A DNA stretch of 56,935 nucleotides, the filler included, from Sphacelaria rigidula (lineage: Eukaryota): assembly GCA_964200075.2 (NCBI GenBank). It is 8 parts of 8 records of this genome, joined end to end, with 100 filler letters (N's around TTAATTAATTAA, not from the genome) between each part and the next. Parts side by side here need not be neighbours in the genome. Positions count along the whole stretch, not along the records: positions 7,131 to 14,160 come from CAXNAA020016872.1; positions 14,261 to 21,290 come from CAXNAA020016873.1; positions 21,391 to 28,419 come from CAXNAA020016874.1; 5 more parts are not named here. The stretch is one strand, 5' to 3'. Position 1 is the first letter of the stretch. Each line of letters begins with the position of its first letter. The notes under the pieces are model-generated. The model was given only the letters and a program-made list of their open reading frames with translations, ran no database searches and was not told where the DNA came from. Below, one piece after another: positions 12,228 through 23,939 of this stretch. Both the position numbers and the translations under genes were made by a program.

Positions 12228-13011
12228 TTTATGTCGACACAGGTCAGGCTGACCGTTCGTAATAGAAGCAAATCCGTGACGTAAGGCTGCGATTCAGGTA
12301 TCTCAGACCCGTGTCATCACTGCTGCGGAATGACTCGCACACACAGCATATCGTAGCATCGCTCAATCCAGTGCATTTTGTTGCTCGAACGACAACTAGC
12401 TCACACACGGACAGCGCAATACCGCAAGTACTGGAATACACTGCTCCTTAGTATAGGAGTACACCGTTGGCGTCCTGCTATGATGCCTAAACCTCCACGT
12501 GTTCCGCCCCCAGTAAAAACCTGACGAAAGCGGATACGCCTCTTTTTTACAATTCTGCAGCGTCCGTTCTGTACGTTTCTGCTGTATTCCACCTCTTCTT
12601 GTATTGCATTCATACACTGCACGGTGATGGCCCGCGAACGTCCTGTCAGTACCTGCTTCCGCCGCCATTACTACGTACTTAGGCAGGCATTCGTGATGTT
12701 TAAGCAATCTTTCCAATGCAGCGGTTGATGTTACCTGTTTGTTTCCAGTGTGTATACCATCACCTTGCCTATGCGCTGGCCTATGCGCTGGCGGGTCCGA
12801 GTCGGGCCCGCAGACGTGGCGTTTTCCTGCGTCCACCAAGCCAAGCCATACGTCCCTGAAACGCACCGTAATAGCAACCAATGTCCTGTCGGTCATGAGC
12901 GAAGGCAGATAACGAACAGTAGCACCTGGTGATGCGCATTTTTGACGCGTTTAACCCTCTGGTGATTCTCCAAGACGTGGGCGATATCAGCTAACGACCA
13001 CCCTCGGGAGA

Positions 13012-13456
13012 AACACGGGATCTTACAAATTGGGGATGGATATTTTTATTGGGGATGAGAAAGCCGGAAAATTAAAATATTTGTATCCACACCAAATCTT
13101 CGAATATGGTTCTATAACTTCACCTGCTGATAGCTATTGACAATTGCTACAAGCCATAGAAATTTGGATTTTGATCACCAAAATGTTGGGGTCCTAGGTG
13201 AAAAAACAATTTTGGGGAATTCCGATTGTCCGAACGGACGCCAAAATGGTTCCGATTTTCTTTTTTCACCTAGGACCCCAACATTTCAATGAATAAAATC
13301 CAAATTTGTACAGCGTGTAGCAGTTGTCAGTAGCTATCAGTAGGTGAAGAAATGGCACCATAATATGAAGATTTGGTGTGGATACGAAGATTTTAATTCT
13401 CCGGATTTCTCTTCCCCCCAAAAAAGATCCATCCCCAATTTGTAAGATCCCGTGTT
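13012..13456. mobile_element. Foldback MITE with AACACGGGATCTTACAAATTGGGGATGGAT termini
   Basis: Perfect 30-bp terminal inverted repeat; internal arms homologous to the element at 11799-12227. Confidence 0.88.
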
Positions 13457-13499
13457 GAGAGAGTTTTGGTTGTGGGTAGGTCGGGAGTCTTGCACTATC

Positions 13500-13790
13500 G
13501 TGCAGCCCACATCTGGGATGTCGTATTTATCTAGGATACTCACCCGGAATATCATTGTTACCATGTCCATCTGGGACATGGACACTCATCTGGGATATGA
13601 ACGTCCATCTGGGAATTCACAGTGTAGATGGACGCCTGTCTGATACATGGATTTCCATCTGGGGTGTCCACACCCCAGATGGGTGTCCATATCCCGAATG
13701 GAATTCCACATTCCAAACGGGTATCCTAGATGGATCTAATATCCAAGATGGACACCCCAGATGGAAGCCCATGCTAGATGGAGGTTGCAC
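13500..13790. mobile_element. MITE rich in CATCTGGG/CCCAGATG sub-repeats
   Basis: Ends GTGCAGCCCACATCT ... AGATGGAGGTTGCAC; same family as 52199-52887. Confidence 0.7.
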
Positions 13791-14160
13791 GGAGATGCAA
13801 GACCGTGGGCAGGCCGCAGTTGCTCAACGATCCATTTATATCGACTTGACGCTCAACGAGTCACGGGTCTTGATGACTCACGTTCGACCAGTCATTCGAA
13901 AGTAGAAATAGGGATCTGACTCAAATCCTACAAGTTTCCGGACAAATGAGGACGACTCGGACTCGAGTTCTATGGATCATTCAGAAAAAATGAGTTGTCT
14001 AACTGGAGGTCTTCAAATCATTCGAGATGATAAGGACGTGTCTGATGCAAGCTCTTTGAATCATTGAAAAAATAAAAAATGGTCTGACTGAAAACAGCCG
14101 ATCATCTATGTTGAGGATGGTGCTTTTCATTGAGGATGAGAACCCGGAGGATTAAAATCT

Positions 14161-14260
14161 NNNNNNNNNNNNNNNNNNNNNNNNNNNNNNNNNNNNNNNN
14201 NNNNTTAATTAATTAANNNNNNNNNNNNNNNNNNNNNNNNNNNNNNNNNNNNNNNNNNNN
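14161..14260. other. Artificial contig-joining spacer
   Basis: N44-TTAATTAATTAA-N44. Confidence 0.98.
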
Positions 14261-14291
14261 GCACAACATGATCTAGCTCGACTACCATCAT

Positions 14292-14460
14292 GGTTACCGC
14301 AAAAAAAACGCAAGCGCGCAAAAAAGCGGTAACCTGGTCGCCTAGCTTCCGCAGTGAGTGGCGTGTTTAACAGCGTCATCGCCAACCGACACCAACCTCA
14401 TCGGGGGTCCGCCCCCACAAAGCCGAGACGGAGCACGCCGGGCTCTCGCTGGACCAGGCA
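14292..14460 (+). repeat. Dispersed repeat found at three contig ends
   Basis: gcggtaacctggt.gcctagctt.cg.agtgagtggcgt...catcgccaaccgac.ccaacc.catcggggg; parts also at 49907-49978 (+) and about 56833-56935 (-). Confidence 0.85.
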
Positions 14461-14503
14461 CGTAGTGGGGCTGCGGTAAGGAAATCGCACTCCTTCGGCC
14501 ATG

Positions 14504-15058
14504 AGCGATACTATGCACGATTAAACCCCTCTGAACTCATCCTAGAATGCATTATCAACTTGTGTGTTGGTTACCTATCGCGCTCCGCATTTTCCATGGT
14601 TTAGTACAGGATCCACACGGCTCTTTGTGGTGCACATCAAGTGCCAACACTTCAGGGGAATCCATATGGTGATACCGAACACCGAACTCACTAAGCAGCG
14701 ACGTGACTAGGTTCGGAGAGTCACCCACACTGCCCTTTGAACACTTCGGGAAAACCTGTTTGGAACGCCGCTAGCGCCTCACCAGGGTCGGCATCGAAAA
14801 AGATCCCACGTCACGTGTCCCCCTACATACTGAGTAGTATGTCGATTGTCTTCATCTGATCTGCGTGTGTGGTGAAAATCGTTTGACAAAAACTTTTGGT
14901 AGGGCTGTGAACTGGACCAGTTTGTACTGGCAGTTGAACTGGAACTGGAGTTTAACTGGATCTGGTGATGAGGACTCCAGTTTATCCAGTTCATGTGAAG
15001 TTTGCCGTTACCGGCTATGTTTATACCATCTTTAGTATGGTTCGTGCATAGTATCGCT
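14504..15058. mobile_element. MITE-like element with 17-bp perfect TIR
   Basis: AGCGATACTATGCACGA (14504-14520) and TCGTGCATAGTATCGCT (15042-15058). Contains a tagggctgtgaactggaccagtt repeat also seen at about 48517-48660. Confidence 0.7.
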
Positions 15059-15868
15059 TACATGATTACGGACAAAATGACAATAGGATTGGGGTCTGCA
15101 CCGGACAGCAGTACAGGTACTCACAGTACAGTACAGTAATAGTGGTCACTAAACCTTAAAGTGGTATCACGGATATATGCCACGTTTGTCGTTTCATAGG
15201 ACAACATACATCTGGAATAAAAAATAGCACACAAACGGTCATCCGCGACCACAAAATACAAAGTACACCATGGCTTGCAATTCAACTGCATGTGTGCTTG
15301 TGGGTTCGGACGTCAATCATTTTGCGCTCTTATCTCCGCGTGTTGCCAGCCTTGGCTTGTTTGCATCCTCCCCTCCTCACGGAGAGTCTGCTGCTGCATA
15401 TTACAGATGCATGGTTTTCGAATCGCTCGCCGCTTTGAATGAGATTTGAATGTCATCCGAGAGTGCCCCCCCCCAAAACAATCCGAGACCCTATGCCCTT
15501 TTTTTGAATCCTGGAGTCTTTCGGGTGGGGGGTGGTACTAAATCTTATACATAATTTAAAATTATGAAAAATAAAATAAAGAATAAAAATAAAATAAATA
15601 GTTTGTAAAAAAATAAAATTCGTGTTAATGGAGCTTTAATTTTTCGCATACCTTCGGAGCCAAGTAAGGCCAAGTTATATTTATGGGTTTCGGCAATACA
15701 TTGTACATCACACTCCCACGACAAGAACAAGACCAGATTAATACCACAATGCTCTGCAATGCTTGCTCAATTTATTTAGACGCAACTATCTGCACCGTCA
15801 ATTTGCGCCTAATGTGCGTCGCATCTTGTGGTGGCAGTTAGGACCAACAATAATGGGCGTTACCTCAC

Positions 15869-15928
15869 CCAAGTCGCCCCCAAACGGCTATCTATTGAGT
15901 GTTTCTTAATGTGAAGAAGAACAACATC
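15869..15928 (-). CDS. Probable next exon of the UBZ-finger gene
   Basis: C-rich tract, then cgcAG|GAT, phase 0 matching the upstream donor. Reads DVVLLHIKKHSIDSRLGATW|GTGAGG; alternative donor 5 nt further. Confidence 0.5.
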
Positions 15929-16258
15929 CTGCGACCGCCGTAGGGGGGGGGGGGCGTACACAGGATCTCGGAGGGTTTTTGCTCAGGCACTCCGTGTAAA
16001 CGTCAATTCCTGGAGGGACAGAAGGGACACGCGTGCACGTTCTTAGAGTGCCCATCAATATCAACTTCCTTGAATACATATATTACTGCGCCACGTCCGG
16101 TATGCAGAACCAGTACGTCTAAAAATGACTCTGTGGTGCTTTACAACACGGTACACATAGATATACACGCACCAGTTGCCCACAGACTAACGTCTTGTTC
16201 TACCCCATGACAGCTCGATGTCGAATATTAAATCAAGTCAAGCCTTGCGTACACAAAC

Positions 16259-19002
16259 CTTTTGCGCCAAAGCGGGCTGTCGCACCCCAACCCCCACCAC
16301 CGCTGGCGTGTTGGCCACACTTCGAGGAGGTGCAGCGCTAGCGAGCGCGTCGTCGACCTCTCCTTTCCCAGGCGACCGCACATCAATAGTAACAGGGCCC
16401 CGTCCCACCTCGCCGGATGAACAACGTGAAATTTTGGTACGTCGAGTAACGCCCCCTTCGCCGGCGGACGAAATCGCCCCCCCTTGTAGCCTAACTCCGT
16501 CGTCTCTAGCTCGCCTTCTCTGATCAACAAAACTCTGCGCGTGTTCGCTCGTTGACACGATAGGCTTTGGCACAACCCCGGCGGCTTCGCACACGGCGGC
16601 ATAGGTCAAGTCATTGCTGCTGGTCGCACGCCGCTTCGGCCCATGACCGCCAACGGCTGTCCCACGCTGCTTGCCAGTAGCCGCACAACCACCCGAGCTG
16701 GGTAGCTTCAGATCACGGCAGTTCGCATTCCCGCTACTTACTACCTCGTTCCCGCTTTTGGACGGTGATCGTTGCTCTGGGCCTACTGTAGCCTCACGAA
16801 TCGCTACATGGTTCAAGCCTGCAGATTTTTTCACATTCCGTTTTTCGTCAACAGCAGCGGCTGCATCGTTATCTTCATTGAAGCGTTCTACGCTCGCTGG
16901 TGTTGTCCCAATACCCTCTGCACTTTTCTCGCAACCCGACTCGATCGGGGCCGCCTGTGCCTGTAGCGGGGTGGCGTGCGCGGAAGCAGAGCCGCCTGGA
17001 ACGCGTGTGGCAGTTTGCGCGGTCATCTTTGTGGCGATTGTTGCCGATTCGGCCATGGGAATATTGGCTTGACTACAAGCCAGGGAAGTAAGAATAGGTC
17101 GTTGATCAATCCTTGCCGCTGTGCTGGATGCCGTCGCTGCTGCTTCCCTCCAAGTCGAGACTGGTTTGCCGCGTTCAGCTCCCTTCCTGGATGCTTTGCT
17201 AGTGGAATCATCTACTGCCAAGTCTGGTTCCGACGTGAGGTCGATCGCGATATGGTCCGCCATATTCCCCCTTCCCCTTCCCGTCTCATCACTCCACGAC
17301 GCGCCCGAGGTTGAAGTCTTCTTCGCCATCATCTCAGCTTGGCAAGACTGCTGTGGCGGCGGCTGAGGGCCCAATTTCTGCTTCACTGCTCTAGCGGCTC
17401 TGTCCTCCGACGTTCTTTCTCCGGACCCGGGCTTGGCACTGCAGACTGGCTCGGTTTGGATTTTCTGCGATTCGCGATCTTGGGACACAACTTCAACGCT
17501 GCTGCAGACCGGCACTCTTTGCGGGTTCTGAAGAGCCTGAACCGATCGAGCCTTCTCTACCGCTCCCACCTTCCGTCGCTTGCTTGTTGGGAGTCGTGCA
17601 TCGCAGACGCCAGATATTCCTTGCTCGCCCTCCTCGCACCTCTCCCGTGCCGGGGTGATCGCCGCGGTGCTATTTGTGGTTGCTGAACTAACACTACGCG
17701 GAGACTTCGCCTGTATTCTTGTAGTCCCGCCAGGATCGCTTGCCTTCACGCAAGCATCTGCTGCAGCGGTAGCAGCGGGTTCTGTAGTTTTCCTTCTAGC
17801 ACGTTCACTAGCCGCACCGTCGATAGCGCGTTCCACCATGCTACTCACAACGCCGCCAGCGCTGTTCGCGTGCTTTCCTCTAGCACTAGCACATTCTCCC
17901 GCACTGCTGGCAGGTCCTGCGGCCATCCCGACGCCGTTACCAATATCAGTGTTCGTAGCACGTTCCGGAAGACATATGTTGGTGGATGTGGGCTTTACAC
18001 TATCACTAGCGGGTTGCACGGTAGCACTGGCGTGTTCTACCGTAGTACTGACATCTGCCTCGGCATTTGACCAAGGAAATACGGAGTCCTCAAGCTTGAA
18101 AACTCTGCGAGCAGGCTGTAGCTGCCTGAAAACTTCCATAAAGCGTTCCGCCAGAGAAGATTTTGCAGGTAATTCGCGCGTTTCTCCGGCGCATCGCATT
18201 CCAGGCGCATCCTCACGCTCCACCCTGTCCTCGCTGCCTTCTTCCTCGGCGTCTAACCGCGCCATCTCCTCAGAGGAAGGAAAAGGCCTCAGGGTCAGGA
18301 AGCCATCTCCATCCCCCCAGCAGTCCTCGTACCCCATCGAAACCATTCCAGGCCACCCGCGACCTTCTCCACCGTCATGTGTATCCCATGAAGCAGGCCT
18401 CGAACGCGCTCCGCGGGTAGTCCTCGTTTGTCTGCCGTTGGCATGGTGACCATTTCGCTCTCCTTCACAACAGCATTTCCCCTTGGTGTTCTGAAGACGT
18501 CCTTGTCTCAACTCAGTGGCGCGGCTGCAGCAAGTTGTGCAACTATCAACGCCAGCGCCACCAGTATTCTCTGTGCCTGCCTGTGGGAACAGCCCTGTCC
18601 CCGGCCACCCCCCACTACCACCGTTCCACCCTCCAATATCGTGCAGTACCCCCGTTCCTGAAGCTTGCAGCAGGTGCAGTAGCTGATTCCGAGCGAGATC
18701 ATCACGATTTTCTTTTTGTGCTGCCGTGACCTTTCGATTGCTCTTCGCTGGTGTCGCCGGCACAGCCACGTGACAATCGCCACTCTTCCCCAGCGGTCGG
18801 GAGCGTGCGAGCAAGCCGCGGCGACGGCCGTGAGTTCCCTGTGCCACACCGGGTGTTGCGCCTTGTGGTATTGCGTTCTGCGTCCCGTTCTGTGCTTTGT
18901 CGCGTGTGGCAGTGGCCACGGGTAACCGGATGGACTTGGAGACACGGTGAACCGGCCGCGCGTCTGGCTGATCCTTGATGCCGGTCTTGACGCCGTCGGA
19001 CC
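16259..19002 (-). CDS. Large exon encoding a low-complexity, probably disordered region of the UBZ-finger protein
   Basis: 938-codon open frame rich in A/S/T/G/E/K with NLS-like SKRRK and PKRR. Acceptor ggcAG at 19003-19004 after a pyrimidine tract; donor AAG|GTTTGT at 16258. Confidence 0.8.
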
Positions 19003-19201
19003 CTGCCAGTGGGTCGGGAGGAGTAAACAACAGACAGTGAGGCATGAGCGACATAGCGGTGGCCAGTAGGAGAAACGACGGGAAGAGGAATACTCGTGGA
19101 TGCTTGCCTTTTTGTCACGTTTTTTTGGAGAACGAGCAGTAATGGCTAGTTTCCACAACCTGCCAGGATCTATTTCGTTGTCCGCCTATAATCCCACCCG
19201 C

Positions 19202-19876
19202 CTTTCGGTCGAAGCTTGGATGCTGTAATCTTCTTGCCGCCATCCCCATTCTTCGCCGCTCTGGCTCGGGATGATCCAATAGTCTCGCACTCCCACATCC
19301 TCGCCACCCTGGCGGCTTCCTCGTCAGCTAACTTAGTATTTTCACCCCTGGCACCACTAGTGCCTTTCGCACCCTTGACTGAAGTAGAATCACGCTTGCC
19401 ACCGCGATCAACGCCGCGGGTGCCGTTCTTACGACCGGCTTTTCGGCCGGCTGGCGGACCATTCTCAGCTCCTGTTCTGCTGTTACTCTCATTTTCCGCT
19501 GAATGACCCTCTGCCAAGTTCGTTGGTATAGCGGCCCCACCATCATCTCGTTCTTGCCCTTGGCCTTGCAAATTCGCGCCAGTATCTAGACAAGAGTTGA
19601 CATGCAAAGCCAAAGCTTGGGTGGTGGAAAATCCTGCTTGCTGACAAACCGGGCACTGCCGGTTGACGTCCTCCCAAATATTCACTGACTGCGCTAAAGA
19701 TCCTGGCGCCAGGAACCGAGTGAGTGTATTGGCTGGCGTTGGGGGCAAGGCATCTGCTTTCTTGCTCTTGCCCTTCTTCTCGGTGATTGTGGGCTGTTCG
19801 GTCTCTTGACTTGAATCTTCGATATCCTCAACCAGGTTGTGTGCTGGTGCGTCCATGAGCACCCGCTGGTCCAACC
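19202..19876 (-). CDS. Exon encoding a Rad18-like/UBZ4 C2HC ubiquitin-binding zinc finger (putative DNA-repair protein)
   Basis: QCPVCQQAGFSTTQALALHVNSCLD fits CPxC-x(12)-H-x3-CL. 5' boundary uncertain (acceptor at 19877 or ATG at 19856). Confidence 0.72.
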
Positions 19877-20464
19877 CTGTCGGTCATTCATGTGGAACAT
19901 TAGTACAAGAAGAAGAGAGCACACCGTCGGACTCCAAACAGAAACTGGCTGAGAACAAAAATCGTCACCGCCACCATACTGAGGTACAACAAAGAAATTC
20001 CTATGCGCCGAAGCTTCGACAATAGTGCAGCGTGTACGAGAGAGTAAAGGGCTCAGTGTAGCGGGCGTAGGCCCGGTATACCTCGACGGAGTTGCTCTGT
20101 ATTGCATGTACGACAGACATGACAAGTACGAGTAAATACGAGCATCAAATTTGAAAATCCGTTCGAAGTTTTGAGTTGCAAACCGATCAACTCATATACC
20201 AACCACAGCACCCTCTTTTCAAGAATCTGGACACACCTTCGGCAAGAATCTGACCAAAACAATGACAGCAGTGACTACGACATATAGTGATCTCACCTTT
20301 AAACTATCAACTGCGGAGAGCTCTCCAAAATAAGGGTCCTAGCAACAACACTTGCCAGTTTTCAGCAGGTCAGCCTACAGCACCGAAGTTGTGGCACTGG
20401 AAAATGACCGAGTTCTTGCGGTTAGTCTAATCACCTGCTGCCTACGTAATCACGAGCTTCAAAT

Positions 20465-20763
20465 ATGCTGGAGGTGCTGCAGGGCGACCTTGAGGTGCGT
20501 GTCTTAACGTATTGTATGTATATGGACAGCCAAGTTAGTATTTCTTGCTGTCGGAATCGGGATGTAATCATGATTGCGTTTGCTGTATTGCTCATGTGCT
20601 CGCTGCACTATTACATGCTCGTACGGTACGGCGCTTCGTTCATGTCTAGTTCGAGCGCGCGGGATCAGCTCAGGTGGATGTGCTGGTGTCAACCATTGAG
20701 CCCCGTCATGCAAGCCAGATCGTGAAGGAATTATCGGCATTGTTGCCTCTGGAGCAATGCAAG
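20465..20763 (+). CDS. ADAT3: First two exons (20465-20494, 20650-20763) of tRNA-specific adenosine-34 deaminase subunit TAD3/ADAT3
   Basis: Canonical phase-0 GT-AG splicing gives MLEVLQGDLE|FERAGSAQVDVLVSTIEPRHASQIVKELSALLPLEQCK|GTATGC, resembling the ADAT3 N-terminal segment just before the HLKRV motif. The HLKRV motif itself is not in the contig. Confidence 0.62.
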
Positions 20764-21290
20764 GTATGCCCGATCTTGTCAGAACTTGCCTGATGACCCT
20801 ATGTACACGTACATATCGCACGGTACTGTGACGGAATATAACACCCCCTGGTGACGAATTTTTACCCTCGATTTCGTCAAGAGGTCGAAGATCTTGTACT
20901 CCTTAGAAATTTCCTCTTCGTGGAGCAATCTTTACGAGAACCTCGACGAAATATCCATTTCTCATAGATAGATTTTGAATTATGCATAACTGTTGTGTTC
21001 GATTGTTTATACCAAGCTATACTATTCAGTTGTCGCCTGCGACCACAGGGAATTGGCGGCTAGCCCAAGGGTCTGTCGAGATGAATTTTTCAGGGTTGAA
21101 ATTGTAATTTTTTGAAAGAAATGGATGAACAAACATTTACAAAAACCGAAAAGTCTGGCGGGCTTCGTGAGGTTCGTACTTTGCTTCTGCTCCTTGCCCG
21201 CCCTGTCCCGATGACCTCGGATGCCGCCAACGCTCATACACATCCATGTACAATACACGCGCGCACGGTAGCGACAGCCTGTAGCCAAAG

Positions 21291-21390
21291 NNNNNNNNNN
21301 NNNNNNNNNNNNNNNNNNNNNNNNNNNNNNNNNNTTAATTAATTAANNNNNNNNNNNNNNNNNNNNNNNNNNNNNNNNNNNNNNNNNNNN
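21291..21390. other. Artificial contig-joining spacer
   Basis: N44-TTAATTAATTAA-N44. Confidence 0.98.
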
Positions 21391-21399
21391 TGGTGTCGG

Positions 21400-21573
21400 T
21401 CAGCGCTGTAAGCCCATAGAGTAGGTAAAATGCGCAGAAGAAGTATCTACGCGATCGTAGGGCATTAGGCCGACAAAAAAGTCATCGGGCACCATCGCTG
21501 AAAGTGCGGGGCAACCACTGTTTTGGGCTTGAACCTCATGTCATCGCACGACCTCATTTAATAAAATTGCCTG
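21400..21573. mobile_element. One arm of the foldback MITE family seen intact at 41434-41840
   Basis: cagcgctgtaagc...aaaatgcgc.gaagaagtatctacgcgatcg...gcattaggccgaca...catcgctgaaag matches about 41670-41840. Confidence 0.85.
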
Positions 21574-22773
21574 TTTGAAAAAATATGATCTGTAGTACAA
21601 GTGTGTATATAGCAATGTGATTAAGACGTGCATACATCACTTCCTGGAAACAGCGGGGCCGTAATAAATCCCCGGCTCGCGTTGTACATGTGTGAATGTA
21701 CAACTCGCACTTAGTGTCTGGTCTGTCCCGAGCAGGAGAAGGAGTTCAAGTTGGTGACCTGACACCCGGAATCAAGTACCTAACGTCTAGCGTAGATCGA
21801 GATTTCCGGCGTTGACATGGACATATATTTCGACTTCTCACTTGTAATAATTTTACTTCGGTATCACGATAGAACGCCGCGACCGCTACATACGACAAAG
21901 AACATATACCTCCGTCGCCACGGGAGGCGACAGCATGAGAATGGCAGGGTAGATGGCACACTCAAACAGAAATGTTGGTGTTCAACTCTCCACCCGACCA
22001 CCTCCCCTCTACATACACCGGCGGCAGATGTGGAGGATACTCAGGGCTAACTCATGGGATGCAATGTCCGGGCTCCTGCTGAGACGCCGTCCGGAGCAGT
22101 CCGACTGTCACATTCGACACCAGGATCGGTCCCGAGGTAAGAGCATTTTCAAATCACTATTGTAGTAACCCTGCGAGCTATCGAAGGTGATGATCGCACG
22201 CGCCTCATTACTCTCTTTCAGGTGATGACCGAGGCTTTCGAACCAAACGCAGGGCGTGAGTATGCGTGGGTAATATATATATATATATATATATGTACTT
22301 GTATCTAGATGTGTGCGCGAGAACTCCCCACTCTGACTGTTGAAACGTTAAATATTGCACAGAACTAAGTTATTGCACACATACGCTTTGTTGCATGTCG
22401 TGCGGGCAGGTGGTGAAAAATATGCGTGCCGTCTGCTGTCATCGCACCCGGCACATGCCACAACTGTGGTTGACAGAAGTTGTCGGCCGACAGGCGTGGA
22501 ATCCGCAGTGCCGATGTCAAATATAAGGGCTACTGCTGGCGGCCACCTCGGCGACGAATCCGCAGTAGGAGATGAGCGCAGTCCCCGATCGTATGGTAAG
22601 CACAGGGCGATCGCTCTTTTCTATGACTCTGGGGCGCCTGGCGCGGTGGTCGATGGTGTACCCATGCAAACCGAGGGGGCGTTGGGTGGGAGCGACGACC
22701 GGCGAAGCTCGCAGAGTGAAAGAGTAGAGAGTCGAACGCCCAGGGAACGCACGACGCACACAGTCTCTAGTAC

Positions 22774-23032
22774 TGTAGACCTAGCCACCATTGTTACCCA
22801 AGATCAGGGACATTGTAGGTGGAGTTGCGGGTCTGATTGCCGGACTCTGTGATGGTGACCTCCATGGCGAGTAGGCTTGGTTTTGTTACTCTGGTGGAGA
22901 GAGGCTATATGGTCCTGTTCTCCTGTACTATGCTGAGGGTTAATACATAAATAACCAAAGCTGCTGAAGTCCGTGTGCCCGTGATGGGAGGAGTCCACAT
23001 GGCAATCTGATCTTGATTGACAGAGGTCTATA
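22774..23032 (+). repeat. 5' LTR (259 bp)
   Basis: TGTAGACCT...AGGTCTATA; differs from the 3' LTR by roughly 8-9 substitutions and a 4-bp indel (counted by eye). Confidence 0.9.
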
Positions 23033-23939
23033 ATGAACGTTCATCAAGTCCGCTGAGGTGGTAGTTTCGCTGAAAAGCAGCTGGCATTTCAAGATAGGGA
23101 AGTCTGCAGGCCTGATCAGTTTGCAGCAAACGAGACCAACTCAAGGCGTGTTAACGTTGCGAGGAGTTGGAGAAGTAGAGCCGAGGAGGTTCTGAGGCAG
23201 TGCTAGGGTGGGCTGTGGTATCGCTCGTGCGAGAGGTGCGGGGGGTTGACCGACAGCTGGCGAGCCCGTGCGCGTTTCAAAAAAAGCGGCGCAATTACCG
23301 TACTGCGTAGTGGAGTCAGCGAGAGGTGCTTGTTCCACGCTTGGCCAGGTACGGCCAGGAAGAGGAGTCTAAGGAAACACGTGGTGAGACCTGCGTGAGG
23401 AAGAGGCGCTGTGGCCATTGCCTTTGTAAGGTGGTACAGCGCGTCTCGGTATAAGGAAGAGTTGTTGTTCCTGTGAGTGGGAGGCGACTTCGTTTTTCAA
23501 AAAGACGTGTGGAGTGCTGTACTGCTGACCGAAATGTACGAGGTGCAGGAGTATATCGCGGTGGACGGCCATGTTGTTCTTGCCCCGCAACAATATGCTG
23601 TCATCGATGGTCGCGCTGTCCGTGTACGATTTCTGGATATGCCCTATTGCGGCCGCAAGTTCTCTAGTTAAAAATTTGCTCAGTTTCTGCGGAAGTATGA
23701 GGACTACCTTCGTGAGGTGCACGCAACGAACGAGCGTCAAGCACGCTGGCACGTTGTTGAGGAGCCAGCGGTCTCTGACCTCATGCCCGCACATATCGAG
23801 AACTGTCTATGTGACACATTTTTGGATGGTGCGAATGATGTTGGGCAAGAGAAATTGCTCTTTGCGCTGCGCAAGCATGCATCTTATGCATCGCCGAGTG
23901 TGGTGCAAGATAGTGTGAAGGTCGGCGGCGGTAGAGACA

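Noticed and set aside
16218..18978. Plus-strand ORFs (for example 17580-18449) as genes
   Set aside because: They are antisense shadows of the long GC-rich minus-strand exon, with no independent motifs.
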